Assembly: GCA_964493715.1 (NCBI GenBank)
Contig: CAZBPC010000020.1
Coordinates: 1-46,148 of the forward strand
DNA length: 46,148 bases
Direction: 5' to 3'
Origin: an uncultured archaeon
Lineage (GTDB): Archaea; Asgardarchaeota; Lokiarchaeia; Sigyniarchaeales; SOKP01
Below, in pieces: positions 37,585-46,148 of this stretch (the first letter of the stretch is position 1; each line of letters starts with the position of its first letter). Under the pieces are notes generated by a model. The model saw only the letters and a program-made list of their open reading frames with translations, ran no database searches and had not been told where the DNA came from. The position numbers were made by a program, and so were the translations under genes.

Positions 37585-40203
37585 TTAAAGAATTATTAGA
37601 TCAAATAAGGATCGTACATAGAACGCTTCTTTTTTTATATCTTGGATTGATAATGAAGAACCATCTAATGTTTTTAATTGATTTAATTGGATATTTCTAG
37701 CATCATTGGGTTCCATTGAGAAATAATTATCGGAAGCAACAAAATCATATTCATCAGAATCGATAAATACGAAAAGAGCTATAAATTCATTTGAAACTTT
37801 AATATCTACTTTTAAACCTGTTAAATCATCTTCCTCAATTTTTAATATTTCCCACTTTATTAATGGATTCTGTAAGTAAAACAGCTTCGGTGCATCAAAA
37901 AGTCTCATGCCTTGGTCAATAATTATTTTATCATGAGATTTTAGTTGATAGAATATGAGGTGATCTTGAATTTTTCCTGGTACTATACCAATTTTATTCA
38001 CATTAAATGATCCAACCATTTTTGATGACAGAGGTAAGATATCAACTTCAAATGTACCTTCAAGTATTTTAATCGAATTTGATTTAAAGATCTTCCATTC
38101 GAATACGACAGATTTTCTTTCTTTTAAATCATTCGTCAACCAAAACTCTACCGAATTTTTATCTTCCTTTATACTAGCAAAAACATTTTGATAAAACCTT
38201 TTAGCAAAATAATGCAGTGCTTTCCAACGACCAAAATAATCTAACGATGACCAACTTGCTACTGGCCAACAATCATTTAATTGCCAATATAATGCGCCCA
38301 TACAGCGAAAATCATTTCGATTACGTCTCCAATGCTCAATACCATACTGAATTGCTTCTGCTTGAGTTATTTGAGATAAAATAACTTGATTTTCAAACCC
38401 AGGAGGAATTTCAAACCGTTTTTTCATATAATTCAATATTTTCTTATTCCCAGCAGAATTTTTTTGATGGTTTTCCATAATTGGTGAGAAGAAATCAAAT
38501 TGTTCAGAAGGGCAGATATATTCCAAAGTTTTTATGGAAGGGAAAGATTCATAGCCAAATTCCGACATGAAGCGCGAATTAAATTTCCGATAGGCTTTGA
38601 ATGGTTTATTTCTATGCCATACATCCCAAAAGTGCGAATCGCCTATATCTGGTGAATTTGAGTTTTGGCTTCCAAGACCACCTCCCACAAAACCGTTAGA
38701 TGGAGAACTCGGCCAATAAGAATGGTTAGGATCATATCTATTTATTAGTTCAGGTAAAATATTCTCAAAGATCGTTAAATACCCTGATTTAAATTCATTT
38801 ATTTTATCAACTTCAATAATTTCAGATTCATATAATTCCATCTTCCATAGCCATTCAATTTCATTATTTCCACACCATAAGGCTAAACTTGGATGATTTC
38901 TTAATCTTTGAATGTTTTGAATAGCTTCAATCTTAATATTTTCAATAAATTCTTCCTCAGGAGGATAAACAGCACAGGCAAAGGGAAAATCTTGCCACAC
39001 TAAAATGCCAATCTCATCACAAATGTCATATAATAAATCATCTTCATAGATTCCTCCACCCCAAACGCGAATCATATTCATGTTCGCATCCTTGGCATTA
39101 AATAAATTTGATTGATAAAGACCGATTTTTTTACCTCTTGAAATAAAACTATCTACTGGGATCCAATTAGCTCCTTTAGCAAATATAGGAACGCCGTTTA
39201 ATATGAAGAAAAAAGATTTTCCCCAGTTATCCTCATTTTGTATTAGTCTAATCTCTCTAATTCCTATCTTCTGCTTCAAAGAATCTATAATTTCATTCTT
39301 ACTAATTGTAACTGAAAGATCATATAGATTTGGGGTACCGAGATCATGAGTCCACCAAAGATTCGGGTCTTCAAGCCTAAACTCAACTTTTGGGTTCAAA
39401 GCGTTAACAAGTTTCTCAAGAGTAAATATTTTTCCATCAGGGGCTTTCAATTCCACTTTCAAATTGTAATCGTTAATCTGATTTATCGATAAATTTGATT
39501 CTAGATTGATTTCGATCGTTAAATCTGTTGATATAACACCAAGATCAGTATTCTCCTCTAAGTCAGATATCTTATTAAGTTTTTTATTATAGTTAAATTT
39601 CTGACTAACATAAAGAGAATCGATTTTAAGACTATCATATCCAACTAATTCAACTGGTTTCCATATACCTAAATCGGGTAATTTAGGTCCCCAATCCCAC
39701 CCAAAAGAATACTGAGCTTTACGTAAATAAGGCACTCCTGAAATTGCAGCATAACCCGTGTTTAGATTTATTCCACTAATTTCTTTCTTTTCTCGAGATT
39801 CTACTGTTGGACTTTTTAATTTAACAATCAATCTATTTCCTTTACTCTTTAATATCAATTTTACTTTAAAATCGTACCTAACAAACATGTTATTTGTACT
39901 TCCAAGATTCACGTCATTTAAAATAACTTCTGATATGGTATCTAGCCCGTAGAAGCGGAGTAATATGTTTTCATGGTTTAAAAAATCGGATTCCAAATCA
40001 AATTCTGTTTTATAGTCCCAGTTTGATTCATAAACCCACGAGACCTCGTGTTCTCTTAAGCCATAAAAAGGATCCTCAATTTCTTCATTATCTAATAAAG
40101 TTTCAAATACAGATCCAGGAACCTCTGTAGGTATGTTTAACCCCCTTTCTTCATGCATTAGTGTCCAGTTTTCTTTTAAGGTAATCTTCTCTACTTTTCC
40201 CAT
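37585..40203 (-). CDS. Glycoside hydrolase family 2, beta-mannosidase
   Basis: GLDT, RKAQYSFGWDWGP, KGANWIP, NMIRVWGGG, WQDFPFAC, WCGNNE (acid/base), SEFG (nucleophile) and WQLNDCWP. Confidence 0.93.
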   Translation of the reverse strand: MGKVEKITLKENWTLMHEERGLNIPTEVPGSVFETLLDNEEIEDPFYGLREHEVSWVYESNWDYKTEFDLESDFLNHENILLRFYGLDTISEVILNDVNLGSTNNMFVRYDFKVKLILKSKGNRLIVKLKSPTVESREKKEISGINLNTGYAAISGVPYLRKAQYSFGWDWGPKLPDLGIWKPVELVGYDSLKIDSLYVSQKFNYNKKLNKISDLEENTDLGVISTDLTIEINLESNLSINQINDYNLKVELKAPDGKIFTLEKLVNALNPKVEFRLEDPNLWWTHDLGTPNLYDLSVTISKNEIIDSLKQKIGIREIRLIQNEDNWGKSFFFILNGVPIFAKGANWIPVDSFISRGKKIGLYQSNLFNAKDANMNMIRVWGGGIYEDDLLYDICDEIGILVWQDFPFACAVYPPEEEFIENIKIEAIQNIQRLRNHPSLALWCGNNEIEWLWKMELYESEIIEVDKINEFKSGYLTIFENILPELINRYDPNHSYWPSSPSNGFVGGGLGSQNSNSPDIGDSHFWDVWHRNKPFKAYRKFNSRFMSEFGYESFPSIKTLEYICPSEQFDFFSPIMENHQKNSAGNKKILNYMKKRFEIPPGFENQVILSQITQAEAIQYGIEHWRRNRNDFRCMGALYWQLNDCWPVASWSSLDYFGRWKALHYFAKRFYQNVFASIKEDKNSVEFWLTNDLKERKSVVFEWKIFKSNSIKILEGTFEVDILPLSSKMVGSFNVNKIGIVPGKIQDHLIFYQLKSHDKIIIDQGMRLFDAPKLFYLQNPLIKWEILKIEEDDLTGLKVDIKVSNEFIALFVFIDSDEYDFVASDNYFSMEPNDARNIQLNQLKTLDGSSLSIQDIKKEAFYVRSLFDLIIL

Positions 40204-40339
40204 TATTAACCTTAAATTATTATTTTTGTTTATAGATTGAAGTGAAGCATTGCTGTTTTAATTTTTATAAAAAATAAATACTATCAAATCTAACATTTTT
40301 TTATTTTGAATTAATTAGTTATGAATTATCTCTCATAAT

Positions 40340-40353
40340 AAAGAAATTTATAT
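40340..40353 (+). promoter_or_regulatory. Putative BRE/TATA promoter for thioredoxin-HTH genes
   Basis: AAAGAAA-TTTATAT about 70 nt upstream of the thioredoxin start. Confidence 0.4.
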
Positions 40354-40383
40354 TCAAAGTTCTTCTTTTTTAATTAAGTAGTG

Positions 40384-40398
40384 TGTGCATTAAGCACA
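40384..40398. promoter_or_regulatory. Inverted repeat TGTGC-N5-GCACA, candidate operator
   Basis: GC-containing dyad in an AT-rich intergenic region, about 30 nt downstream of the TATA box. Confidence 0.35.
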
Positions 40399-40425
40399 AT
40401 TAAAAATTGAAAATTGAAAATGAAG

Positions 40426-40836
40426 ATGTCAGATAACGAATTAGAAAGAATTAGACTTCAAAAAGCAGAAACTATGATGAAATCAAGCAAAAATCCAAAA
40501 GAAATTGTTAAAATTCAAACTCTGGAACAATTCAACAATTTATCGAAAGAATTTCCAGAAAAAGTGATTATCATAGATTTTTGGGCTGTCTGGTGCGGTC
40601 CATGTATGACGTTTGCACCAGTCTTCGAAAAATTAAACTCCGAATACGGAGGAGAGTTCATATTTGTAAAGGTTAACGTGGATGAAGTCGGTTCCATAGC
40701 GCAAAGATATGGAATTTCTGGAATTCCCACAACCTTATTCCTTAAGGGAGGAAATGTTGTCCACAAATCCGTTGGGGCTTATCCATATGACCACATGAAG
40801 AGAATAATAGAGAAACTAAAATCTTTTAACAAGTAA
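40426..40836 (+). CDS. trxA: Thioredoxin with N-terminal helical extension
   Basis: DFWAVWCGPC, KVNVD and GIPT. Archaeal-type MSDNELERIR extension. The start could be 40414, 40420 or 40426. Confidence 0.9.
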   Translation: MSDNELERIRLQKAETMMKSSKNPKEIVKIQTLEQFNNLSKEFPEKVIIIDFWAVWCGPCMTFAPVFEKLNSEYGGEFIFVKVNVDEVGSIAQRYGISGIPTTLFLKGGNVVHKSVGAYPYDHMKRIIEKLKSFNK

Positions 40837-40893
40837 GGTTTTATATTTTTATTTTATTTTTTAATTTTTTATTACTAAAGGTGTATAAATATA

Positions 40894-41340
40894 ATGGAAA
40901 GTATTTCTACTCAACTTAAAAGCATGTTGGAAGAAAAGAAGATTTTCAAGAGTGGTAATCTATTTAAATGCATTCTTGGTCTGAATGAACTGGAATCCAA
41001 CGTTTTTTCATATTTATTAAAAAATAAGCACGTGACTACAATAGAATTAGCAGATGTTTTAGAAAAAGATAGAAGTTCCATACAGAGATGCTTACAAAAT
41101 CTAATTGAAATGAAAATGATCAGAAGAGAATCAATGTCATTGAAAGATTTTACTAATTCAAGAGGATATGAAGAATCTAACAAGAGAGGATATCTTTACG
41201 TGTATACAGCAGAAGATTTGTATTATATAAAACAAAAATTCACAGATTTATTGGAACAATGGTATCATTCAATGTTAAAATATATAGGCTCTTTAGATAG
41301 TCTCTTTGATTGTTACGAACAAGATGGAGAAATATGCTAA
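40894..41340 (+). CDS. Winged-HTH transcriptional regulator (TrmB-like)
   Basis: CILGLNELE, ELADVLEKDRSSIQRCLQNL HTH and RGYLYVY wing. Confidence 0.82.
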   Translation: MESISTQLKSMLEEKKIFKSGNLFKCILGLNELESNVFSYLLKNKHVTTIELADVLEKDRSSIQRCLQNLIEMKMIRRESMSLKDFTNSRGYEESNKRGYLYVYTAEDLYYIKQKFTDLLEQWYHSMLKYIGSLDSLFDCYEQDGEIC

Positions 41341-41512
41341 AATATCATAATTCAATTTTCTTCTAAAGCATAAAATAGAATGTTTTTATAAAATATTAAC
41401 CTAAATACAACTGCTATTGATAGATCACCATAGAAAGGTCGTTTTATAAGAAACAATAGAACGATGTCAGATTTGTAAAACAGTTTTTTAAGCTTAATTT
41501 CATCTTTTAGAT

Positions 41513-42058
41513 TTATTTAGATGAATAATATAATTTATGAATGAGAGAATGAAAGGCCTCAGTCACCCTTTCTCCTGTAAGTGCACTCGTTTTGTAATAG
41601 CCCATAAATCCGTGTAAATTTACTATCTGATCTACTTTGTGATCAGAGGATTTTATAGTATCATTTTCCTCAAGTTCTTTCACATCAATGAGATCAATTT
41701 TATTTCCAAAAAGAATCATGGGTATTTCTCCGCAGTTAGATCTTACTTCATTAACCCATTTATCGATTTCAGATAAAGTTTTTCTTTCATCTGGGGCATG
41801 AGAGAATACAACAATACATCCGCTACTTCCCTTGTAAAATTTCTTTCGCATTGTTTCATATGTTTCTTGACCCGCGATATCCCAGATAATTAACTCTATC
41901 GTGTCATTCTCAATTGTTTCTTCAAATCGAGAAAACTGAGCTCCTAAAGTTGAAATATATTCCTTTTCAAATTCTCCCTTGGTAAATTTTTTAACTAGAG
42001 AGGTTTTTCCTACTGCAGGTGCTCCCACTACAATTATTTTATGTTTTATCACTCTCAT
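41513..42058 (-). CDS. Rab-like small GTPase (Ras superfamily)
   Basis: GAPAVGKTS, STLG, WDIAGQE, NKID and KTSA. No C-terminal prenylation cysteines. Confidence 0.93.
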   Translation of the reverse strand: MRVIKHKIIVVGAPAVGKTSLVKKFTKGEFEKEYISTLGAQFSRFEETIENDTIELIIWDIAGQETYETMRKKFYKGSSGCIVVFSHAPDERKTLSEIDKWVNEVRSNCGEIPMILFGNKIDLIDVKELEENDTIKSSDHKVDQIVNLHGFMGYYKTSALTGERVTEAFHSLIHKLYYSSK

Positions 42059-42212
42059 TTATCCAACCAACACATTTACTAAACAATTTCAATCTTAAAT
42101 TGAATATTCAGATCAATGATTATAAATATTTATACCTTCATTACAATTAAAACAATCTTAAAATCTGATTATTTTTTTAAAACTTTTATAGTTTTAAAAA
42201 CTATGATAATTC

Positions 42213-43526
42213 ATGGAAAAAAATACAAATAAACTTCCAAAATTATCTCTTATATTATTTATCGCTACTGTTACGTTAATCAGTTCCGTTTCAAACATGA
42301 TTTCTCCAAATCTTCTTATTATTTCTGCGTACTTTGGTTTTGGAGGAAACACGGTACCTCTAGGCGTTTTAACATCTTCATTTACCTTTCTCTCAGGAGT
42401 CACCATGCTAATTTTTGGATATTTAGCGGATAAAATCGTGCGAAAATGGATTGTTATTAGTGGTGCTTTGATCTTTTCTGTATTTTCTACCTTAACCATT
42501 CTTGTCCCCCCGGGATTGTTCGGATATGTTCTTTTTTTTATCTTTACTATAATGACAGGTGTGGGTTATGGAGCTTTGATTCCAAGCACGTTTTCCTTAA
42601 TTGGGGATATAATTAGTCAAGAAGACCGCTCAAAGGGCTTCTCATTTTTCTCGATTTCTTCGTTAATAGGAATGGTCTTAGGCACGGGATTGGCAACCTT
42701 TTCAGAAGATTGGAGAACTTCATTTACCTTAATTGGAGTTGCAGGCTTAATAACTACAGTATTATTCACGTTTTTTAAGGAGCCTTCAAGAATTGGAAGA
42801 GATTATATCAATACAATACCAGATGATGTTGCGGAATATACTTATAGGATTAAACGTGCAGATCTACGCGTGATATTTAAAAAAAAAGCAAATGTATGGT
42901 TAGTGATTAATTTTGTAGATACAATCCCAACAGGGATAATTCTTTTCTTGCTTTTTGCCTATATGGAATCGTATCACCTAATTCCTTCTGATGCTACTAT
43001 ATTCTTTCTACTGTTCATTTTGTTTGCCATATTAATTGGAACGATTGTGTTTGGATATATAGGCGATACTCTATTTCGGAAAGGAAATAAAAAAGCACGA
43101 GTAAAGCTTGCTCTTTATGGAAACATTCTCCCTATTCCTTTCGTTTTTATAGCTTTAATAATTCCGTTCAAATCACCGAATTTGATACCCGGAATCATAA
43201 TTTGGATACTGTTATTTATGATTGGAATGTTCCTAAATGGTGCAGTTAATGGTAACTGGTACGCTACTGTTGTGGATTTAAATTTACCTGAACATCGAGG
43301 TACTGTTCTAGCTGCATCCAATTTCTTTGACATAATAGGCAGGTCGATTGGTCCCTTGATTGGAGCGATAATTGCAGATACATTTGGATTCGTTTTTGGA
43401 ATGATGGTTTCAATTTTCTTTTGGATGCTAATACCTTTCTTTTGGATTTCGGTCCTAAAGAACGTGGTTCCTGAAATGGAAAAAACTTCTGAGATATTTA
43501 ATGAAAGACTAGAAAAGGTGTCATAA
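42213..43526 (+). CDS. MFS transporter (spinster-like)
   Basis: About 12 TM segments, GYLADKIVRK, SLIGD...DRSKG and LPEHRGT. Confidence 0.88.
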   Translation: MEKNTNKLPKLSLILFIATVTLISSVSNMISPNLLIISAYFGFGGNTVPLGVLTSSFTFLSGVTMLIFGYLADKIVRKWIVISGALIFSVFSTLTILVPPGLFGYVLFFIFTIMTGVGYGALIPSTFSLIGDIISQEDRSKGFSFFSISSLIGMVLGTGLATFSEDWRTSFTLIGVAGLITTVLFTFFKEPSRIGRDYINTIPDDVAEYTYRIKRADLRVIFKKKANVWLVINFVDTIPTGIILFLLFAYMESYHLIPSDATIFFLLFILFAILIGTIVFGYIGDTLFRKGNKKARVKLALYGNILPIPFVFIALIIPFKSPNLIPGIIIWILLFMIGMFLNGAVNGNWYATVVDLNLPEHRGTVLAASNFFDIIGRSIGPLIGAIIADTFGFVFGMMVSIFFWMLIPFFWISVLKNVVPEMEKTSEIFNERLEKVS

Positions 43527-43602
43527 ATAATTAATCAAAAAGATATAATATTTCAATTAATAATACTAATAAAAAAAAACTCACTGAAAAAGGGGATTTA
43601 AA

Positions 43603-43761
43603 ATGATAATGAAAATGGATTTAATCAAATCAAAAAAACCCGAAACTACTATCGAGGATATGGCATTATGGTTTCAATCTCACCCAAATGTCCAATTGAA
43701 GTTGGTTTCTCAATATGTTGCTAATGGGGCAGTTTGGACTTCATTATTTTATGAAGGATAG
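43603..43761 (+). CDS. Small hypothetical protein (52 aa), not in ORF track
   Basis: MIMKMDLIKSKKPETTIEDMALWFQSHPNVQLKLVSQYVANGAVWTSLFYEG, preceded by AGGGGA. It fills the gap between two MFS genes. Confidence 0.6.
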   Translation: MIMKMDLIKSKKPETTIEDMALWFQSHPNVQLKLVSQYVANGAVWTSLFYEG

Positions 43762-43892
43762 TCATATAAATTCTTGAAAAAGCAAGATCAATATAAGTAA
43801 TTTTATCCTATAATATCGCTTGGATAGAACAAAATTAATTAATTATTTGCTATTTTAGGATATAATTTCAAATAAAAATTTAACAAGAGTTT

Positions 43893-45116
43893 ATGAGTCA
43901 AAATATTGTCTTGGTTCTGCTTAAGAACAAGACCTTTTTCTTATTTTGGTTAGGATTTATAGGTTATGGATTAGGCAATGCCCTTTTTACGATAAGCTTG
44001 AACTGGTGGGTTTATATCACGACGGGTTCCGAAGTTCAGCTAGGGATTGTTGGAACGTTGAATTTCTTGTCAATGATGATTTTTAGCCTCCTGTCAGGAA
44101 TTTTAGTCGATAAATTTCATCGAAAGAAAATTATTTTCCTTTCAATCATACTTAGAGGCATAATCATTTTATGTTTTCCTATTTTTGGAATTTTTGGCTG
44201 GCTTCAATTATGGATTGTATATCTAATTGCTTTTACTCAGTATATTACATTTCCCTTTTTTGTTAATGCAATAAATGCAATAATGCCTCAATTCATTGAA
44301 AAAGAGCATTTAATGACAGCCAATGCATTGGTAGATTCTGCGTATTGGTTCTCAACCTTTATCGGTTTCCTTTCAGGAGGTTTTTTAATAGATTTCTTTG
44401 GAATTTATACTCTGATTTTTATGAGCGTCATAATATTTCTTATCACCCCGTTTTTGTTCGTTAAAATTCCGTATACATTTCAAAAAAGGGGAGGAAAAGT
44501 AAATTTTCTAAATTTCATGGGTGATATTAAAGATGGATTTGGTCAAATATTTAAGGATAAGGTACTGTTTATTATGGTATTCACATGGACGGGTTTAATT
44601 ATACTATTTTCCACGGGTGCTACCAACATTGGATGGCCCGTGTTTTCGAGAGTGATTCTGAGTGCAGGTGCTGAGGGTTATGGCTTATTGGTATCTGCTT
44701 CATCTCTAAGTGCCATGATGGGAAGCATTTTCTTGAGCGTTTACGGATCTAAAATGAAAATGGGACGGCTTTTTCTCTTCGGGCTACTTCTTGGAGGAAT
44801 TGGAATGATTATTTTTAGCATGACCACCACGTTATCCATCTCTCTAGTCATTATCTTTCTGACTTTTTTCCATTTTCCCATGGTAAATGTACCATATTGG
44901 ACAGCTCTTCAACATAGGGTCCCAGAAGAAGAGTTAGGAAAGGTTTCTGGTGCTACATTCACGGTAAATACGGGCTTAAGCCCCATTTCAACGTTCCTTA
45001 CTGGTATAATGATGGAACGCGTATCTGTTACCTTACCTTTCGTTTTAAGCGGATGCTCATACTTAGCGAGTTTCTTTATTGCTTTTTCTAACAAAAAACT
45101 TCGAAACTTGGATTAA
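43893..45116 (+). CDS. MFS transporter (DHA3/macrolide-efflux-like)
   Basis: FFLFWLG, GILVDKFHRK, MTANA and LQHRVPEEELGKV. Confidence 0.88.
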   Translation: MSQNIVLVLLKNKTFFLFWLGFIGYGLGNALFTISLNWWVYITTGSEVQLGIVGTLNFLSMMIFSLLSGILVDKFHRKKIIFLSIILRGIIILCFPIFGIFGWLQLWIVYLIAFTQYITFPFFVNAINAIMPQFIEKEHLMTANALVDSAYWFSTFIGFLSGGFLIDFFGIYTLIFMSVIIFLITPFLFVKIPYTFQKRGGKVNFLNFMGDIKDGFGQIFKDKVLFIMVFTWTGLIILFSTGATNIGWPVFSRVILSAGAEGYGLLVSASSLSAMMGSIFLSVYGSKMKMGRLFLFGLLLGGIGMIIFSMTTTLSISLVIIFLTFFHFPMVNVPYWTALQHRVPEEELGKVSGATFTVNTGLSPISTFLTGIMMERVSVTLPFVLSGCSYLASFFIAFSNKKLRNLD

Positions 45117-45217
45117 TTTAAATGGTATTATTCTTGTGTATTTATTCCTTATATGCAAAACGTTTTTAAACTTAATTTGGTTTATAACCATTAAATAATA
45201 ATGGTGAAAACTCAAAA

Positions 45218-45373
45218 ATGTCATGTAATGATCTTAAGAAAGGAGATGTTGTTGTTTGTGAAGAATGTGGTCTTGAAATGAAAGTCTCAAAAGCATGCCA
45301 CTGTGGTGATGAAGAAGGAGCTTGCACAGATCAAGGTTTTACGTGTTGTGGAAAACCCATGAAAGTAAAATAA
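45218..45373 (+). CDS. Small Cys-rich desulforedoxin-like metal-binding protein (51 aa), not in ORF track
   Basis: MSCNDLKKGDVVVCEECGLEMKVSKACHCGDEEGACTDQGFTCCGKPMKVK carries CxxCG...CCGxPM. GGTGA lies upstream and T tracts follow. Confidence 0.8.
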   Translation: MSCNDLKKGDVVVCEECGLEMKVSKACHCGDEEGACTDQGFTCCGKPMKVK

Positions 45374-45486
45374 CTTAATTTTAAATTCTTTTTTTAATTT
45401 ATCTAATCAATTTTTAACTGTTCTGACTTAAAATAAGTAATGGTTATCGAAACCTCTTTGGAATTGTTAATGCCTTTTCTTATATT

Positions 45487-46148
45487 TTAAGAAATTGCCC
45501 GATCTATCAATTCCAAGAGATCAATCATCTTTAAGTTTGATTTAGATTCTTTAATGGCATCCAGGAGATTTCTATAACAAAAAGGACAAATACTTACGAT
45601 ATATTCAGCGCCTGTTTCTTCAGCTTCTCTAATTCTACTTTTAGCAATTTCTAATGCTAACTCTGGAAAGCCCTTTTTTACGCCCCCTCCAGCTCCACAA
45701 CATTTAGCACTTTCCTTAATTGTTTTCATCTCAATTAAATCTGTAATTTTTGATAACAATCTACGTGGTTCTTCATACAAAGGTGAAACTCCTGCATTTC
45801 TTCCAGTATGACAAGGATCATGATATGTGGTAGTCATTTCTAACTTCTTAAGATTAATCTCATGGTCTTTAATGAATTTATCTAAAAATTCGATTGTATG
45901 AAGGACTTCGATATTTAAATCATCGAGATAATTTTTATAATCTACTTTTAGTGTTCTATAACAACCCGCGCAACTCGTAATTATCTTCTTTATGCCACTA
46001 TTTTTGAACAACTCATAGTTTTTTATTGCGACAGAGTTAAAAGCATTTAAATCGCCCGTTCTTTTTGCAACGCTCCCACAACAGACTTCTTTTTCTCCAA
46101 ATACTGCAAAATCCACTCCAAGTTTATGAAGAACTTTAGCTGTACTAA
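45487..46148 (-). CDS. Fe-S oxidoreductase with two CCG domains (HdrD/GlpC-like), 5' end beyond window
   Basis: EVCCGS, TSCAGC, TYHDPCHTGR, CCGAGGG and CPFC. Confidence 0.88.
   Translation of the reverse strand, partial: STAKVLHKLGVDFAVFGEKEVCCGSVAKRTGDLNAFNSVAIKNYELFKNSGIKKIITSCAGCYRTLKVDYKNYLDDLNIEVLHTIEFLDKFIKDHEINLKKLEMTTTYHDPCHTGRNAGVSPLYEEPRRLLSKITDLIEMKTIKESAKCCGAGGGVKKGFPELALEIAKSRIREAEETGAEYIVSICPFCYRNLLDAIKESKSNLKMIDLLELIDRAIS

Noticed and set aside
2735-45094. Many short ORFs (60-115 aa) antisense to, or frame-shifted within, long genes (e.g. 3326-3598, 12265-12612, 13905-14228, 34408-34692, 42194-42499)
   Set aside because: They overlap well-supported genes and have no motifs, so they are shadow ORFs. 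The similarity of 12265-12612 and 13905-14228 only mirrors the paralogy of the sense genes.
1-46148. tRNA, rRNA, CRISPR arrays or intact mobile elements
   Set aside because: No GC-rich structured RNA segments, regularly spaced repeats, or intact transposase or integrase ORFs were seen.

Overview
AT-rich, gene-dense archaeal DNA, most consistent with an Asgard archaeon (Lokiarchaeia-like). The evidence is an archaeal histone, a ThiD-ThiN fusion, three Rab-like GTPase domains, roadblock/longin proteins, a RING-H2 protein and an IPGY-type C-terminal sorting signal. In order the window holds: the end of a group 3 [NiFe]-hydrogenase operon; a tandem array of seven RimJ/RimL-type GNAT acetyltransferases with an MFS transporter and a histone; leuB; two tandem roadblock-GTPase-pseudoGTPase genes head-to-head with a RING-TPR gene; thiDN, DUF99 and thiC; a large secreted papain-type protease broken by three in-frame stops; a SIR2-TPR gene; and amidohydrolase, TPR, GGR-family, longin-roadblock, GH2, thioredoxin/HTH, GTPase, MFS and Fe-S genes. 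The best candidate for an undescribed system is the SIR2-TPR locus (27894-30842). Its C-terminal ~100-aa domain recurs as two adjacent stand-alone genes, and the cassette sits between a hydrolase gene and an internally deleted copy of that gene. I found no rRNA, tRNA, CRISPR array or intact mobile element. All assignments come from motif reading by eye; no database searches were run.
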